A model generated the notes under the pieces. It worked only from the letters and a program-made list of their open reading frames with translations, ran no database searches and was not told the DNA's origin. The position numbers and the translations under genes were made by a program. Below, in pieces: positions 34,265 through 36,094 of a stretch of DNA of 36,094 nt (positions within the stretch are counted from its first letter, which is position 1; the number at the start of each line of letters is the position of its first letter). The DNA comes from an uncultured bacterium. GTDB lineage: Bacteria; Planctomycetota; UBA8108. Location: contig CAJWMA010000003.1 of assembly GCA_913042995.1 (NCBI GenBank), forward strand, positions 1 through 36,094, given 5' to 3'.

Positions 34265-35548
34265 CTACTTGGGCTTTCCGCCTCCAGCTGGAGGAACGGG
34301 GCCGAAGACCTTCGGCTTCGCCGGCTGAGGCTTCGAGCTGAGAGGGCGCGATGTGCCGCCGGTGAATTTGTTGGTCGAACTTTTGCGGGTGATGGATGAC
34401 CCCATGGAGGCCGTGGCGTTGATCTTGATCTCCTTCAGGGTTGGATCATCCGTGGCGACCAGGATCTTTTCCACGACTCTTCTCGTTCCGGCCTTGGGCT
34501 TCTTGAAGAGCTCTACGGAGAGCGCGTATTCTTTACCGGGGGTGATTGTCGACAGCTTGGTCTTGAAGTGCTCCCCCTGGAGACGGACTCCCGTGATGTT
34601 GAAGGTGTGGTTGGAGTCGAGGCTCTTGATGCGCAGCTCCTTGGTCGGAAGAGGGCCGCCGGCCTTGTCGAGTTTCTCGGTTTCTCTGCGGCTGAAGTAG
34701 ACCGAGGGAGGACTCGCTTCAATGCGGTCTTTGACAGTGATCGATACACGCACAGGCAGGTCGAAGCTCTTGTTCTTGACCGTGACATTGGCGTCAATTT
34801 CCGCATAGTGATATTTGCGAGTGTCTTCCGGAAGTTTCGGGGTGACCAGCAGCTCGTAGGAGCTGTTCGCTTCAATTTCCTTCATCTCAATGCTGACGAC
34901 CTCGCTTTTGCTCGAGGCCTTGTTGAGCTTGAAGGAGTTTTTAGAGGACTTCTTAAGGCTGATGGTGAGCGGCTTGATCGGCACTCCCCGTACGACGGTA
35001 ATCCTGGGCAGCTTGGGTTCGATCAACACGGCGGTCTCGATTTTCCCCGTCATGGTGAGGGTCTGGGTCGTCTTGCTCGCATTGGTGCTGATCTGGGCTG
35101 TTTTACGGATGGTTCCTGAAAATTTCTTGGTGTCGACCTTCAGGGTAATCTTGCCGGTGGCCCCGGGCGCGATGACCTGGCCTTCTCCGCCGACCGTGGT
35201 GCAACCGCAGGAGGGTTTGATCTTTTCAATTCGCAGGGGAGCTCCACCGCTGTTCGTGACGACGAAGTCATGGATCACCACCTCGCCTTGCAGCACCGAA
35301 CCCCAATCGAAGACATCCTCGGCCACCTTAGACAGGGGCGGCGAGAAGTTCTTCGGCGGCGGCTTCAGGAGGTAGCGTTTTTTCTTGGCGCTGCCAGTCT
35401 TGGCCGGGGCGACCTTTCCGGCCTGGGGAGTCTTGGCGGTCTTCTCGTCCTGGGATGAGATCTGTCCCGTGGAGAGCAATCCGAACACAAATGCCAGGGC
35501 TACAACCAGACCCTGACGATGGATCATTTTCTTAGAAAAGGTCAGCAT
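34265..35548 (-). CDS. DUF1573 domain-containing exported protein with tandem Ig-like domains
   Basis: Signal peptide; FDWG.V..G....HDFVVTNSG..PLRI..IKPSCGCT...IAPG is the DUF1573 signature, followed by two more beta-sandwich repeats. Confidence 0.85.
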   Translation of the reverse strand: MLTFSKKMIHRQGLVVALAFVFGLLSTGQISSQDEKTAKTPQAGKVAPAKTGSAKKKRYLLKPPPKNFSPPLSKVAEDVFDWGSVLQGEVVIHDFVVTNSGGAPLRIEKIKPSCGCTTVGGEGQVIAPGATGKITLKVDTKKFSGTIRKTAQISTNASKTTQTLTMTGKIETAVLIEPKLPRITVVRGVPIKPLTISLKKSSKNSFKLNKASSKSEVVSIEMKEIEANSSYELLVTPKLPEDTRKYHYAEIDANVTVKNKSFDLPVRVSITVKDRIEASPPSVYFSRRETEKLDKAGGPLPTKELRIKSLDSNHTFNITGVRLQGEHFKTKLSTITPGKEYALSVELFKKPKAGTRRVVEKILVATDDPTLKEIKINATASMGSSITRKSSTNKFTGGTSRPLSSKPQPAKPKVFGPVPPAGGGKPK

Positions 35549-35622
35549 GACGTTACTTTAACTCCAAAACGAAATAATGGTGAATTGCCTGTCCCGGTCG
35601 GCCTTACTTGCCGGTTAACTGG

Positions 35623-36057
35623 TTAATTGGAGCCTCCCGCGGCGGCAGGGGCGGGGTTATTTTTTGGCCTGGCTTTGCGGAGCAAAATGGCTTGGATTTT
35701 GAACTCCTGCAGGTTCGGGTCATCATCGTCGGTGTCGACGAGAATGGTCTCTACGATTTTCCTGGCTGTGGTGGCATTGGGCTTTTTGGCAAGTTCAATG
35801 GCCAGTTTATATTCTTTACCGGGTGCTACGGTTTCGAGGCGGGTCTTGATGTGTTCGCCTTGGATTCGAATTCCGGCAATGTTAAAGCTGTGTGCCGGGT
35901 GGAGGCTTTTGATTATTATTTCCCTGGTTGCGGGGGTAGTGCCGGGGTTGTCGAGTCTCTCGATATCCTTGCTACCGAAGTAGACCGAACTCGGGCTCAC
36001 ATCGATTCGCTTTTTTCGCTCGGATTTGGGTAGAGCAACAGCAAAAGGTTTTTTCAA
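35623..36057 (-). CDS. Single-domain paralog of the C-terminal Ig-like domain of the downstream DUF1573 protein
   Basis: RIDVSPSSVYF...IKSLHPAHSFNIAGIRIQGEHIKTRLETVAPGKEY aligns with RIEASPPSVYF...IKSLDSNHTFNITGVRLQGEHFKTKLSTITPGKEY. An in-frame TAA at 36063-36061 bounds the ORF. Confidence 0.7.
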   Translation of the reverse strand: MKKPFAVALPKSERKKRIDVSPSSVYFGSKDIERLDNPGTTPATREIIIKSLHPAHSFNIAGIRIQGEHIKTRLETVAPGKEYKLAIELAKKPNATTARKIVETILVDTDDDDPNLQEFKIQAILLRKARPKNNPAPAAAGGSN

Positions 36058-36094
36058 GTCTTAGAAGAAGAATTTGAATCTGTTTTATTTGTCC

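Overview
GC-rich bacterial chromosomal segment, most likely from a Planctomycetota genome. The evidence is a planctomycete-type cytochrome c/DUF1592 plus DUF1552 pair, a TPR protein with two RNAP alpha-CTDs, an 'RRGD' dockerin-like tail and a sulfatase. In order it contains: a partial sulfatase and an M42 peptidase; xerC; a NicO/RcnA-like transporter; a PD-(D/E)XK nuclease plus PcrA/UvrD helicase, divergent from a TPR-(alphaCTD)2 gene and ruvA; two hypothetical genes; tRNA-His(GTG) followed by a carboxylesterase remnant; an FHA-fused DUF1592 gene and a DUF1552 gene; a DedA-DUF547 fusion; a secreted trypsin-like pseudoprotease; fabI; an arginine biosynthesis cluster argB-argH-argG-argC-argD-argF'; and several envelope proteins. 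The main finding lies in the fabI-argB intergenic region and is missing from the ORF track. It is a 30-codon leader ORF with 12 Arg codons (23022-23114). Its 3' end can form a 16-bp antiterminator helix that is mutually exclusive with an intrinsic terminator just upstream of argB. This is the full architecture of a ribosome-mediated, arginine-sensing transcription attenuator, a control mode I do not know to have been characterised for bacterial arg biosynthesis operons. The cluster also ends in an acylornithine carbamoyltransferase whose specificity residue predicts an N-succinyl route. All calls come from reading sequence and motifs by eye; no searches or folding were run.
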